Shown: in pieces, positions 1 to 12,459 of the stretch | Layout of the letters: every line of letters starts with the position of its first letter | Position numbering within the stretch: the stretch's first letter is position 1 | From: Narcine bancroftii | Taxonomy: Eukaryota | Length of the DNA: 64,000 nucleotides | NCBI RefSeq assembly: GCF_036971445.1 | Contig: NC_091473.1 | Coordinates: forward strand, 28,520,001 to 28,584,000 | Reading direction: 5' to 3' | The notes under the pieces: model-generated | Told to the model about the DNA's origin: nothing | Seen by the model: only the letters and a program-made list of their open reading frames with translations | The model's database searches: none | Program-made: the position numbers and the translations under genes

Positions 1-417
1 AGTTGAAGGGATTGCCCATTAAAGACAGAGGAGGAGGATTTTTTAACTAAAATTCTTACTACAGCAAAGAAGGGGGAAAAAAGTCACATATTTGAGGAAG
101 ATATTTTAACCACAAGAGTATTAAAGGAAATGAGAAGAGGGCCGCTATGCGATATTTAGATAATTTTAGGAATGTTTCTACAGGGTTGACGGCCTATTCC
201 TATTTATCATGTTCTTCCATATTACAAAAAAACATGAATAGGAGCTTCAGCCTTATTAGAGGAAGCAAGTGGAAAATTGTGTTAACTCTTTATAGCTTGG
301 TGCACAGATCTCAGCCAGATTAGCCTTTATATTATGGGCACTTCATGACTCAACATTAAGACTGTTGAAGCCCTATACTAGATTTATCAGAATGGTAGAC
401 ATGATTCAGTGAAGTGG

Positions 418-806
418 TGAAATGTAGATAAATATTGGGACATTTTGGTAAAATTAGAGGTTACATACACATACATACACCCATTTTAAAACAGATCTTA
501 TTTGAAATACTGTAGAATTAATATTCAGTGAACTTTACAGAAACTATGGAGAATGCTATGAACATTCCACAAGTAGGTGCTAATTGAAATGATGTCATCA
601 AATGTATTGACTGGAGACAGGTCGTTTGTGTTGAACATTTTTACAAGGCTTCTGACCTTTCTGCAAAGTGCACAGAAAGGTCACTCCTGAGAATTTTGTT
701 TACCTAAGACAATAGATGGGAACAAAAGACTAACTCCTATTGTTTACTGGAGAAGGTTGGGGGGGGGGGGGCTTGCAAGTGAGAGAGTCACATGGGCTTT
801 CTGGCA

Positions 807-855
<49 letters not shown>

Positions 856-1511
856 GAAACAAGTTCTCTCAGCCAGTGTGTGATTGACATTGAAAGAGAG
901 CTGAACAGCTGAAGCAAGCAGGAAGCTTGTTAGAATTGAAACAGAAAGCTCCAGAGCGGCGGATGGCTGGAAGTGCTATCTGTCTGATCTTTCTCTTGGA
1001 ATAAGGGGAACAGAAAGCAACTCTGTGTTAGCCTGAAAGAAAGAGGTTATCATCTGGAGAACCCTAATGGGGCAAGTTTCATCAGCAAGACATTGAGGTG
1101 ACTAATGGAGGTATCTCAGTTGTGGAAATCCTGGAACAACAAATCTCTCTCTGCAAACCTCCAAGAACCTTCCTGAGCAGTAAACATTTACCTTTCAAGC
1201 ATCAAAGACTGGTGAACTTTATACATGTTAAATTCTGTGCACAGTATAAGAATTGCCTGCAACAGTGAACTTGAAAGAATAGAAGTGAGATTGAACTGTG
1301 AACCAAAGAACTTTTCCTAAATTTACACATATATTACAAACATGTGCACTTAGAATTAAAAGGGGGTTAATGTTAGTTAAGTTAATAGAGGTAAGTTAAA
1401 GTTTGATTCTGTTTTCATGTTTAAAGATAATTAAAAACAATTTTTAAGTAACTACTTGTCTTGATGAATGTCTATTGCTGCTGGGTTTTGGGGTCCTTTG
1501 GGCTCGTAACA
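418..1511. mobile_element. Solo LTR (about 1.1 kb, Gypsy-like) in PPP4R2 intron 2
   Basis: TG...CA termini, 4-bp TSD GTGG (414-417 / 1512-1515), internal G-run and (GA)n; splits an old CR1 whose halves join across it. Confidence 0.7.
811..851 (+). repeat. (GA)n microsatellite
   Basis: About 20 perfect GA units. Confidence 0.98.
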
Positions 1512-1959
1512 GTGGGAAGAAAGAGAAAAGGAATGTTGCTCACTTTCAAAGAGAAGCACAGGAATGAAGGACATCTCAGTGTTCAAAAATTATTACATTT
1601 TGAAACTGGGCAAAATTATTTCAAATACAACAAGTTAATAATTAAATGATGGAGACTTAAGATGACTGGCCAGAGAACCATTGGTGGGGACTTGAGGATT
1701 TGTTAAAAATACTAAGAAATTGTACTGGAATTTATTGAATGAAAGGAGGATGGAAGTAGATTCAACAGCATTCAAAAGAGAATCCAATGTACTTTGTATA
1801 CAGATTAATTGGATTGTTATATCAAAGACAGACAGTAAATCAAGATTATTCTCCCCTACTTCTGCAACGTCAAGGATAGGGCCAACTACTTGCCTCATAA
1901 CATCCTTTTGCTTTCTGAATTTAAATGAGGCAAAATAGTATGAATAGCCTCTGTGATTT

Positions 1960-2195
1960 TTAAAAAAATGTAGACATACAGTGCAGTAATAGACCCTTCC
2001 AGTCCACAAGCCCCATTCTGCCCAAATAACCTACAACCCCTGTGATTTTGAAGGGTGGGAGGAAACCAAAGGACCCAGAGGAAACTCATACAAAGACAGG
2101 GAGAATATACAAACGCTTTACAGAAAGTGCCAGATTCAAACCCAGGTCACTGGTGCTGTAGCAGCGATGCGCTAACCACTACGCTAACTGTGTCG
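1960..2195 (-). mobile_element. tRNA-derived SINE
   Basis: Minus strand shows A-box (TAGCGTAGTGG) and B-box-like (GGTTTGAATC) head; same family as 9150-9402. Confidence 0.7.
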
Positions 2196-2239
2196 CCAGG
2201 GGCGACTGTATCTCATGTACCTGACAGGTTTTTTTTTTA

Positions 2240-3255
2240 AAAGGTGACCAAAGAGATTAGAGGGTAGGATGTCAACATTCTCTACATGGAGTTCAGCAAG
2301 GCCTTTAACCAAGTCCGACATTTCAGGTTAGCCTGGAAGGTTGGATCACATGGGATGGTGAATTGGATTCAAAACTGCCTTGGTGAAAGCAGTCAGAGGA
2401 CAATAGCGGAGAGTTGCTTTTCTGATTGAAGGACTCTGATCAGTGATGTGCCTTAGGAATCAGTGCTGGATCTACTGCTGTTTTTTTCTATTTCAATGAT
2501 TTGGATGATAATGCTGTAAATGAAATCTGCAGCAGACACCGACATTGGTGGTGTAGTGGATTATGAGAAAGAATATCCAAGTTTACAATAGTTGAGATGG
2601 TGAACCAATTGGCAAATGTTATTGAACTCTGTACAGTGAAATGATACACCTATTGAGAAGTGAAAACCAGATCAGAATAAATGGTTGAGCCTGAAAAGCA
2701 TTGTAGAATAAACACACTTGCCATCATTGGATAGGGTACAGAGTACAAAAGTGGAGATGTCATAATGCATCTGTACAATGCATTGGTGAGGCTACACTTG
2801 GAGTACTCTGTGCAGTTCTGGTCTGCTATAGTAAAGATATCAGTCAGTTGGAAGTGATGCTGAGGAGATTTGCCAAGTTGCTGCCAGGGCTAGAAGGCTT
2901 AGTCATTGGGAAAGTATGGATAGCCTAGTTTTATTCTGTTGAGCAAAAGAGCTTGTAAAGGTACACAAAATCTTATGGGATATGGATGTTTAATCTTTTC
3001 CCCACAGTTACCCATTCTAAAATTGGAGGACAAAGGATTCACGAGAGATCTGAGGGTCAACTTTCCTACTCAGATAGTAATCTGCATCTGAAAAAGCTGC
3101 TAAATGAATCTATAGAAGCAGGTAAGTTATGATAGATATATGGATAGGAAGAGTTTTAGATCAAATGCAGGCAAATGGGCTGAGCCCAGAATGTGAGCTT
3201 AGTCAGCAGGCTCAAATTGGGCTGCAAGGCCTGCTCTATGCTGTATGACTATCCA
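2240..3255 (+). mobile_element. CR1 LINE, decayed RT and 3' end
   Basis: Degenerate DFSKAF, LEY.VQFWS motifs; CTATG-type tail. Confidence 0.75.
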
Positions 3256-6200
3256 CAACTAAAACTGAATAAAAACTCAAACCAGGCAAATCCATAGCTG
3301 CTGTCATGATTAGTTTCTAAGCTACCTCGAATTCTGATAGGAAAGCAAGATTGCAAATTCAAATCTGTCTTCAATCACTCTCTTAACTAATTGTTCCCAA
3401 AGCAATACATGCCCTATTTTCATTGAACAAAAAAAATAAAAAAAACACTATGCTCATCTCCTCACACAAATACAGCTGGTGCACAAATATGCAGCTTTGC
3501 CAAAATACATTGTACTCATTATATTCACAGATGACACAAGTAATATTGGGCACTAAGAGCTCAAGGGATACTGAAATTAGAGATAAAAGCAAATGAATTA
3601 ACTGTTATCTTCAACATATTTATGGTGTGAAATTAGAAATTAAAAACAAAATGAAGTAAACTGCTTCCACTTATGTTCTATTTGTATTGTTTTGCAAAGT
3701 ATTTTTCATGTTTGACAAAACTCTGTACCAATAATAATTCCAAAAGAGTACATATTTTAGCAATTTAGCAGAATGATGAACTTCAAATTTCCCTGACCAA
3801 ATAACCTGTTGCTTAAATCTGCTATTCCTGCAATACCAGTAGTGATATCTTTGCAATACACACAGCAGTGTTCTAATATTAATTTAAATAAATAGATACA
3901 TTGTGTATTTTTTTACCAATTCCAAAAGAGTACTTTTAAGTCCTAAGTGTGCAAGATAACCTGCATACTCAGAGGATCAAAAAAATATTGTTTCATAGGG
4001 AGAGAGGAAGGATGGGGGGGAAATCATGTGACATTTTAAAGACGGCTCTGTGAGTACAAACTTTGCGGAGGCACTCTGAGAGAGAGTGAAATAATGAGGA
4101 TGTAGGGAGTTCGAATATCAAAGTCACAACAAAATCCCAACTTGCACCCTGCCGGAATCATTTTTGGTGGGTCTGGCAAATGTAAGGTTTGCGCAATGCA
4201 GTTTAGGTTCAACAGACAAGGACACTGAATCAGCCCTGAACCCAACATCTGGGAGAAACGTCCAACTATCACAGCTCCAGCACGCCCACTGGGCCCATTA
4301 ATTTGCACAGCCCTGGGCAAGGCCTTCAGTTTATTTGAAAGCACAGGCCATGATGCTGGCTAGCTGCATTTAAATGGAACTCCTGGCTGCCAGCTTCATG
4401 CCTACAGGAAATGAGTGGCCATTGGCTCTCTTCAGGCTTGCGAAGAGATAGCAAACCCAAAGTCTGCCCCAGGAGTCTGGGTGTACCTCAGATACACTGT
4501 CGATTCACTCAGCAGAGGGCTCAGATTCCTTTATGCGGATTAAATTAACACTGGCCATAGCATAGATAAAGTTTGATCACAATTTCCCTTTAAAGGCTTC
4601 AACCTTCCTAGGAGTGAGAATCAAAGCTGAAAGACTTGCTACTGACAGATATTTCCCTTGTGAATTACAACCAAATAGAAGCACCAAATGATAGGTTTTC
4701 AAAAACATTCAGGAGATATTTGGCATACTCTTGAAATTGCAATTTAGCCCAGCTAATATACTACATAATGGAAATTAACTTTTTCCACCCACAAACAGAA
4801 CAATGTAAACCAATCAGAAGCAAAGTTGCCCAGTTAATAAAAAAAACAGAGTGAAATAAAGCAACTGGTTCTACACATTCCAAAACTACTTTTTGATTCA
4901 GATATATGATGGATCTACTTAAAAATGTTATATGGATATTGGACTACATTAAAGCATCTTTTGACATTATTCCAACACTTCCAAAGACAGAAGTGTCTGA
5001 AGTATGGCCAGATAAAATCAGCAACTGCCCTAACCCTAATGCCAACCTACACCAACTTTGCACAAATCCCCACATCAGTTTCCCACCTTATCTGTCAACC
5101 ATACCAGTATCATACCAGTATCACTGCTCCCAAAGAAACCAACTCCCCTGGCAAGTTTCCCTTCTCTCAAAAGGACACAAGATGTTCTGCCAATCTGTAT
5201 GTCCCCACAATTTCCAACTCCAAAATGACCAGCTCTTTCACCTAACTCCATCCCCAAGGCAATCAAATCACCACCCAACCTGACTATACCCACATCTATG
5301 CCATATTATCCTCACCTGTGTTAATTGAGCTGAACAGCACATAGACAGTCCCATTAAGCTAACTCAGCCATGCTAAGTTACCTTTTTGAGCTAGACCTTT
5401 TTTCCTGGGCTTGGCCCACATGCCTCTCACCCATTCCTACCTATGTGTCTTTCAAATGTCTTGATTGCATTCATCTTTAGCACTTTCTCTAACAGCTTTT
5501 TCCATATGCAAACCACCCCCCCTCTCATAAAAAAGTAATACTTTCAACTCATTTCAAACTATATCCTCCCAGATTTACTCACAGCCTCAGAAAAGATTGT
5601 GATTCACTATATCTATGCCCCCCATGTTTCTTCCAGCTCAATGTTGTCTCCCCCTCCCCACATTCAGGGACCATCACCATCTCGAAATCCCATTACAGAT
5701 AGACCAGGAGCTCTGTCCTTTTCACCCAGGACCAGCTCCATTTTCCAAACTCTGCGCCCAAGGATTCCAGCAATCCAGCTTTCATTGATTACTACCAACA
5801 ACTGCCCCAATAATCTGTCCTCCAGGATTCAAAATCCTCCTCTACCCTCCCAAGGACACCACATTGTCCACATCACCAGAGATCACCTCCCCTTTACAGC
5901 CAATATTCCCATCATAACTCTGATGAGAGAACATCGTCCTGTCCTGTCCAAAATCCCTAAAGAGAGACTGCTTCCAAATTCTAACCATTTCAATGATCTC
6001 ACAACTTTATCTGCTCTCTATCCTGTTCATTCTACATACCGCGCCTTTTGAATAGACCCCTTTATCCAATCCACAACACCTGCACCCCACGCCCCACCCA
6101 AGAGCAGATCCCCTCTTTCTCAGGTCACCCTCCAGCCCAATCCCCTCTTTCTCAGATCTCCCTCCAACAACCACAACCCATTCCTGCTTCTCCCCTCCCC

Positions 6201-6468
6201 CACCACTCATTGCATTTTGGCTAATTTTGTGAAACTGGAGACGTGCAACTCATCCGGCGAAACTCCTAGCAACTGAAAGTACCCTCCTCCTCCCCCCTCT
6301 CACCCCCTCCCACCCCCCCCCCCCACCCGACCCGGGTTTTCGGTCTCCATCCAGACCAGAAGAGGGGAACAGCACAGCGATGCGAGGCCGGGCACGTCCT
6401 GTCCAGCCAGATTGACGCCCGAGCTGTCCCAGGGTGCCCTCCCTCCGGTCCCGCACTCTCTGACTCAC

Positions 6469-6550
6469 AGGGTTTCTCCCGTCTTTGCGACATGACAAAG
6501 GAACTGGTCCAGCAGCGAGGACACTTCCTTCTTGGACTTCTTCTCGAAAT
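6469..6550 (-). CDS. PPP4R2: PPP4R2 coding exon 2, [27 protein letters not shown](L)
   Basis: ggcag|AT acceptor and CT|gtgagt donor; 82 nt; phase fits exon 1; matches PPP4R2 [27 protein letters not shown]. Later exons not found, presumably left of the window. Confidence 0.93.
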
Positions 6551-6683
6551 CTGCCGGTGGGAAACAGGCTGTGGGTTAGCGAGGGACAGCAAAAAGAACA
6601 CGAAGCTTTAACGATCGAATCTCGCAGCTGATTATGATCCAGCAAACATCACCGCCGGTAAATGAGAGTCCGAAACCACTGAC

Positions 6684-6717
6684 CTGCCAGGGCTTCGAGA
6701 AGGCTTTCAGGCTCCAT
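6684..6717 (-). CDS. PPP4R2: PPP4R2 (protein phosphatase 4 regulatory subunit 2) coding exon 1, MEPESLLEALA-D
   Basis: aagATGG start at 6717; 34-nt exon ending G|gtcagt; resembles the vertebrate PPP4R2 N-terminus (MDVERLQEALKD); lies in a CpG island; synteny with GXYLT2. Confidence 0.9.
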
Positions 6718-6891
6718 CTTACAGGTGCAACAGAAAGTGTCCCCGTCCCCCCCCCCCACAAGTCAGTTAGTGGGATGAAGAGTACCGCAGAATAAAGTTT
6801 CCCCCTCACCAGTCAGTAGGCCCGGCGTGGAATGAGAGACGCACAACATGGCGTTGCTCCGCTCAGTAACGTCATCCTGACGCTCGGGGGC

Positions 6892-7110
6892 GCGCGCGCT
6901 TCGAGGCCGGGGCACAGTGCGCGCGCTTCGAGGCCGGGGCACAGTGCGCGCGCTTCGAGGCCGGGGCACAGTGCGCGCGCTTCGAGGCCGGGGCACAGTG
7001 CGCGCGCTTCGAGGCCGGGGCACAGTGCGCGCGCTTCGAGGCCGGGGCACAGTGCGCGCGCTTCGAGGCCGGGGCACAATGCGCGCGCTTCGAGGCCGGG
7101 GCATGCGCGC
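6892..7110. repeat. 27-bp GC-rich minisatellite, about 8 copies (GCGCGCGCTTCGAGGCCGGGGCACAGT)
   Basis: Units start at 6892, 6919, 6946, 6973, 7000, 7027, 7054 and 7081; nearly identical. Confidence 0.97.
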
Positions 7111-8287
7111 TTGCCCGCAGACGCTTGATGATGCCGGACAGGCTGGTGACTACTGGGAACATCTGCTGAACAAAGTTGCGTGTTACAGTCGTAAATGCTC
7201 ACCGGCTTCAGATGATGTGGATTTTCTAAAACTAAAAGTTCAAGGCAATTAAAACGAAGGGCAGCAAATGTAAACAGAAGCAGGCATATTTTGCAAATTA
7301 GCCCTGGGCAGCAACACCGAACGAAATGGTATTGCAGTGTTGAGAGGGAATTTGTCATCATACATTAATGGGCTGCAACCTAAACTCGTCGCTTGCTCGT
7401 TACTTCTCCATGTGCTTCCGTTTAGCATCACGAACTGCTGTTCAAACGTGTGAAAGGTGGCTACTTTGAAATCCAATTTTTTTTAAATTTTAGCGTGAAA
7501 ATAATTGATGGATAGTCACAGCAGGAGTCATGTTTGATGTTAATTATGCTATCAATATTTAGACTGCTGCTTGATTTTGCATGGAACCACGTTTTAACAA
7601 TACATTGATCTGCGATAGATAGGAATACACATTGAGCCTTCGTGTTTTTCTATCTCCTAACAGCTAATGTCACATCTAAAAATAGCCATGAGCAAAATGA
7701 ATAAAGCATTCTTATTTTTAATATTCTTTATATTAATTCTTTTTAAAAAGTTGTTTGCTTTAGAATGCGGATTGTTGATGTCCCTCCTCGTCTTTATTGT
7801 GCATGTCACAAGGAGTAAATTTTGCACATTAGGACTGCTCCATGAAAGTGCACTTTACGGTTATGATGCACTGAGTCAGGAAATCGCAGTACAACTTCAC
7901 ATGGGAACTTCCTGATCTCCGTCCAGTCGCCGAGGAACCCTTTCGGGTATTGGACTTTTGGAGCGAGGTTGGGGGAGGGCGGTGAGAAGTCGCTGTTTAA
8001 AGTTGTCAATGACATCATATCGGAGAGTAGCCCAATCGCGAGTGCTCGGGCGCAGAAGAGGTGGTGGAAAAAGGGAGAGATGTCGTCATCCAAATGCAAA
8101 TAAATACTGTCTGAGGTCTATGTTATTCGCAAGTAGCCAATGAAAAAGAGAAACATTGAATCTTTGGAGACTCGGCAAGTGCCAATGCAAGGGAGTACAA
8201 AGAATGACTGGAAATTTTGTAGTTCCATCGGGAATGGGAGGAGCCTAACCATGGAATCAAAATACAGACTCAATAAGCCAAAATGTG

Positions 8288-8466
8288 TTAGACTTTTAAA
8301 AATGTCAGTGCATTGAGACCTTGTGCATTAAATAGTTTAAAAAAAATCAGTGCTTTGAGATCATATGCTGTAGACTATTATCATGCATACGGTCTAAAAC
8401 CAATTATTTTTTTAACTATTTAATGCACAAGGTCTCAATGCACCGACATTTAAAAAAATATCTAAT
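8288..8466. repeat. Long imperfect inverted repeat (hairpin)
   Basis: AAATGTCAGTGCATTGAGACCTTGTGCATTAAATAGTT (~8299) is the near reverse complement of AACTATTTAATGCACAAGGTCTCAATGCACCGACATTT (ends 8450). Confidence 0.9.
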
Positions 8467-9149
8467 GCTCTTTAATAGTCCTTAAAATTCTAAAATGATC
8501 CAGTTCTCTATAACGCTATTTGAAACAAAAAAAAACAGTCACTGAAAATATTAGAATAAGTGATTTAAAGGAGGAAGGTGAATTGGAAAAGTAGTGAAGA
8601 TTTGAAGGAGATTCTAGAGCTGAAGCAGCTGAAAGAATTTCAAAGGTGAAAGAAGGAAGGCACTGGAATTGGAGATATCCAAAGTTTTCAGAAGATTGTA
8701 GGAATGGATAAGATAACAGAGATCACAAAGGTCAAGACCCCTGGCATTTATCGACCCCTTCGAACCACACTCCCCCCCCACCCCCGGTCAAAATCAACCA
8801 CCTTGGAGACCCATGTTATAGACCGTGGATAGTCCCATCGAACCTCCCCTTTTTCAGGAGTGTGTAAAATTAGGCATCTGCTCAAACAAAAAGGTTGAGA
8901 GGAGAATCAAAGGCTAGGTAGGATACAGGTGGGGGTGAGCGGGAAGGAGTTAAGAGCTGATGGGAGAGAGGGCTATCTTTCTGAGTAAAGGAAGACATGA
9001 AGCCAAAAACAGACATCCAGTACGACAAAGGGCTGTGATACTAAAATGGTTAGCCAGTGAGAAATCCTTGCTGACAGATCAGTAAGAGCAAATGTACTCA
9101 AAAAAGCAATGTGCCAATTACAAACGGGCACTTAAGGGGCTGCAAGATT

Positions 9150-9402
9150 TTTTAAAATTAGATATACAGCACTGTAACAGACCAATTTGGACCTTCAAGT
9201 CCATGCAGCCTAATTTACACCCCATTAACCTACACCCTGGTATGTTTTTGAAGGATGGGAGGAAACCAGAGCCCTTGGAGAAAACCCACCCAGACATGGG
9301 GAGGATGTACTAACTTTTTACAGACAGCGCTGAATCCAATCCTAGGTCCAGTCCCAATTGCTGGTGATGTAAAGGTGTTGCGCTAACTGCTACGCCAACC
9401 CA
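9150..9402 (-). mobile_element. tRNA-derived SINE
   Basis: Homologous to 1960-2195 (GCGCTAACT/CACTACGC head region, GGGAGGAAACCA core). Confidence 0.7.
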
Positions 9403-9469
9403 TGATGTGGTCAGTCAAGAGACAGACCACCCCGACGCATTACAAATCTTCTTCGATTACTTTAACCCA

Positions 9470-12447
9470 GTCTGTCTCAAGAAAACCCTGCCCAACTACC
9501 ACTAGCAAGTAACCTGCTACACCAGAGGTCGCAGCATAATCGATTACTGCTACACCACGAAGGAAGATATACCGTTCTATTGGATTTTGGAAAGTCAGAA
9601 GCTGTGCTTCTTCTACCTACATAAAGACAAAGCCTAAAAAGAGAAACTCTGGAGATTAGGACAGCTAGAAGGTGGTTGCAGGAGGCTGAATAATAGGACT
9701 TCCTCAAGTCAGCAGAATGGGTGGTGTTCAAGGACTTAGATGAGGATCTGAATGATGATGCCAGGGCTATCACACACCTTATCAAAGAAGCTGTCGACGA
9801 GTGTCTCCCCACCAAATCATTTAGGGTTTTCCTCAACTATAAGCCCTGGGTGAACAATGAAATCCAGAACCTGCTGAGAGCCAGATCACAGACATTTAAG
9901 TCTGGAGATCCAGATCACTACAGAAGAAACAGGTATGACCTTCAGAAGGCCATCTCCTGGGCGAAGTGGAGTTTCTGGATGTGATGGGATCTAAATTACA
10001 TAACCTGCTCCAAAACCAATTCTGGTGCAGTAGGAGATGGCAAAGTTTCACTCCCAAATGAACTTGATGCCTTTTCTACCTGAATTGATCCTAAGTACAA
10101 GAAAGAACCACCACAGTGCACTTCCACGTCTCCTGATAATTCTCACCTGTCCATATCCAAGATGATGAGCAGGCTACATTCAATCCAAGGAAAGCATCAG
10201 ATCTGGATGGAGTACCCGGTCTAGTTTTAAAAATCTGTACTGACCCACTGCCAATGTATTCATGGATATCTTCAACATCTCACTCCGGCAAGGCATAGTA
10301 CCCACCTGTTTCAAACAAGTGCCAATCATACTGGTGCCCAGGAAGAGTGTAGTAATCTGTCCAAAATGACTATCAACCAGTGGCATTCAAATCAATAGTG
10401 ATGAAGTGGTTCGAAAGGTTGGTGTTGAAGCATATCAGCCCCTGTATGAGCAGTAACTTGGATCTGTTCCAATTGTCCTATCAATGCAACAGGTCTATGG
10501 CGGATACCTCTTCACTGGCTCTACACAAAGCATTGGAACACCTAGACAGCAAGGATGCATACATCAAGGTGTTTTTTTAATCAACTACAATTCAGTATTT
10601 AACACCAATATCCCCTCAAAATTGATCAGCAAATTCCAAGACCTGGGACTCAAACCCCTACTATGTAATTGGATCACAGATTTCCTCACCTCCATTCCAC
10701 AATCAATGAAGATCAGTATGAACATCTCCTCCACAATCTCCATCAGCAGCGGAGCACCACAGGATTAGTTCTTGGCCCCCTGCTCTTCTCACTATACTCC
10801 TATGACTGTGTGGCTCAGAACAACAATGACATCATTAATAAATTCATTGATTAGACACAGTAGTGGGTTGTATAAAAAGGGGTGAAGAGTCAGCATACAA
10901 GAGGGAGATGAAAACATGACTGAATTATGCACCAAAAACAACCTTGTCACCAAAACCAAGGAAGGGAAAACCAGATGTATATGATCCAGTGATCATTGGG
11001 GAAATCAGAGGTGCAGAGGCTGAGCAAATTTAAGTTCTTGTTAGTCACTATTTTGGAGGATCTTTCCTGGACCCAACACACAAATGGCATTATGAATAAT
11101 GCACGTCTGCTCCTCTACTTCCTCAGGCGTTTGCAGAGATGTGGAACATTGAAAAATGTTGGGTGTGGGGGAGGCTCCCTGCCTATTTCTGGTGGTCACA
11201 TGGACTTCCTGCCTAAAACTCATTCGGCAATCACACCACCTGTCAGTTCCTGGTGTACTCTTTGTTCCACTCGAAGTTATGGATAGTGTTACAAACTCCA
11301 GGAGGAATGCCAGCTGAGATTGGGCTCAGACCACTAGTCAGTGCTCACCTTGCCATTGGCTGGTTCAAATCACTCAGTGTCCTTATTGGCTTGAGCTCAA
11401 GGCTCTGCCTTGTGATGATAGCCTTGAACACCACTCCATGCCAGGTCACTGTTTGTGGACATCGCTCGGAAGGGTCACGGGTAAGGTGCACACTGCACTG
11501 AAGCTGAGCCATATTGCTATATATCAAATTGCTATAGATTAATACTGGCAGTAGAACCATCACTCTCAACTGATCAGAGGTCCATGGGTGTGCAAATACC
11601 CCTATGGGTACAGTGGTACTAGATCCACCTCCCCTTATTTAGGTGTCTGGAAGGGTGTGTATAACTTCTGCTTATAGGGTATGCATGAGTGAGTAAATTA
11701 ATACTTGTGTACTAACATTCTTCTGTTTGTTTCCTGTTATGATTGATTCCCATGCTCCCTTATAAATTGTGTGCATATGTTCCCACACTCCCTTATAAAT
11801 TATCTCTCATTAATTATTGTGTTACATTTGATTGCAAACCCTTGTGTCCAGACTCGCCTCTCTTTGAACCCACTTTCTCAACAAAACAGAAATCCTGGTA
11901 AATTTCTATGGATGTGCGGTGGAAAGTGTGCTGAATGGCTGCATCGCAGTCTGGTAATGGGTCACCAATAACCCTGAGTGTAAGACCCTGCAAAAAGGTA
12001 GTAGACACAGCCCAGAACAACACAGATAAAATCCTTCCCATCATCAAGAGGATCTACAGGGAACGCTGCCAACGAAGAGCAGCAGCAATCATCAAGGATC
12101 CACATCACCCTGCACCCGCTCTGTCAAGCTGCTAGCATTAGGAAAGAGGTACAGGTGCCACAAGACTCACACCACCAGGTTCGGAACAGCTGCTACCCCC
12201 CCCCCCCCCCCCCCCACCATCAGACTCCTGACAACAAACTCAATCAGGGACTCAAATTTAAGGACTCTTACTTTTGTACTTTATTTTTTACTCGCTGTAT
12301 TACACATTCAGTTTGTTTACATTTACATGTTGTATGTTGAGTACAGTTTTTTTTGCACTTCAATGAGTGATGGTTCTGCCTCAACTGCAGAAGAATCTTA
12401 GGGTTGCTGGTGATCTCATGAATCCACTCTGACAATGAATCTGAAAT
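9470..12447 (+). mobile_element. Rex1/Babar-like LINE, decayed, interrupted by a solo LTR
   Basis: Fragments KPWVNNEIQNLLRAR, MKWFERLVLKHI, LSYQCNRS, AIIKDPHHP; 3' end CTCTGACAATGAATCTGAA. Confidence 0.8.
11157..11883. mobile_element. Solo LTR nested in the Rex1-like LINE
   Basis: TGTTG...CAACA inverted termini; LINE sequence resumes directly after 11883; TSD imperfect (AAAA/AAAC). Confidence 0.65.
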
Positions 12448-12459
12448 GTTAATCTAAGA

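Larger units (their letters stand above)
6250..7200 (-). promoter_or_regulatory. CpG-island promoter/5' region of PPP4R2
   Basis: Strong CpG enrichment over exons 1-2; YY1-like AACATGGCG (~6845), CRE-like AACGTCA/TGACG and NRF1-like GCATGCGC (~7101). Confidence 0.8.

Noticed and set aside
4906-6210. Pro/Ser-rich ORFs of 100-150 aa
   Set aside because: C-rich low-complexity or ancient repeat sequence in PPP4R2 intron 2 with no coding signature.
1-6400. PPP4R2 exon 3
   Set aside because: No WSQFK or NPNVEYIPF-like peptide with splice sites found; probably outside the window.
6892-7110. CRISPR-like regular array
   Set aside because: No unique spacers; head-to-tail tandem repeat in a vertebrate locus.
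6763-7361. Several overlapping ORFs with 9-aa repeats (PRPRSARTV, CPGLEARAL etc.)
   Set aside because: They are translations of the stop-free 27-bp promoter VNTR, not genes.
7860-7960. Possible HDV-like ribozyme on the minus strand (GTCCA...TCCTCGG...TGGACGG plus a hairpin)
   Set aside because: P1 is only 5 bp, P3 is imperfect and no P2 partner strand could be found.
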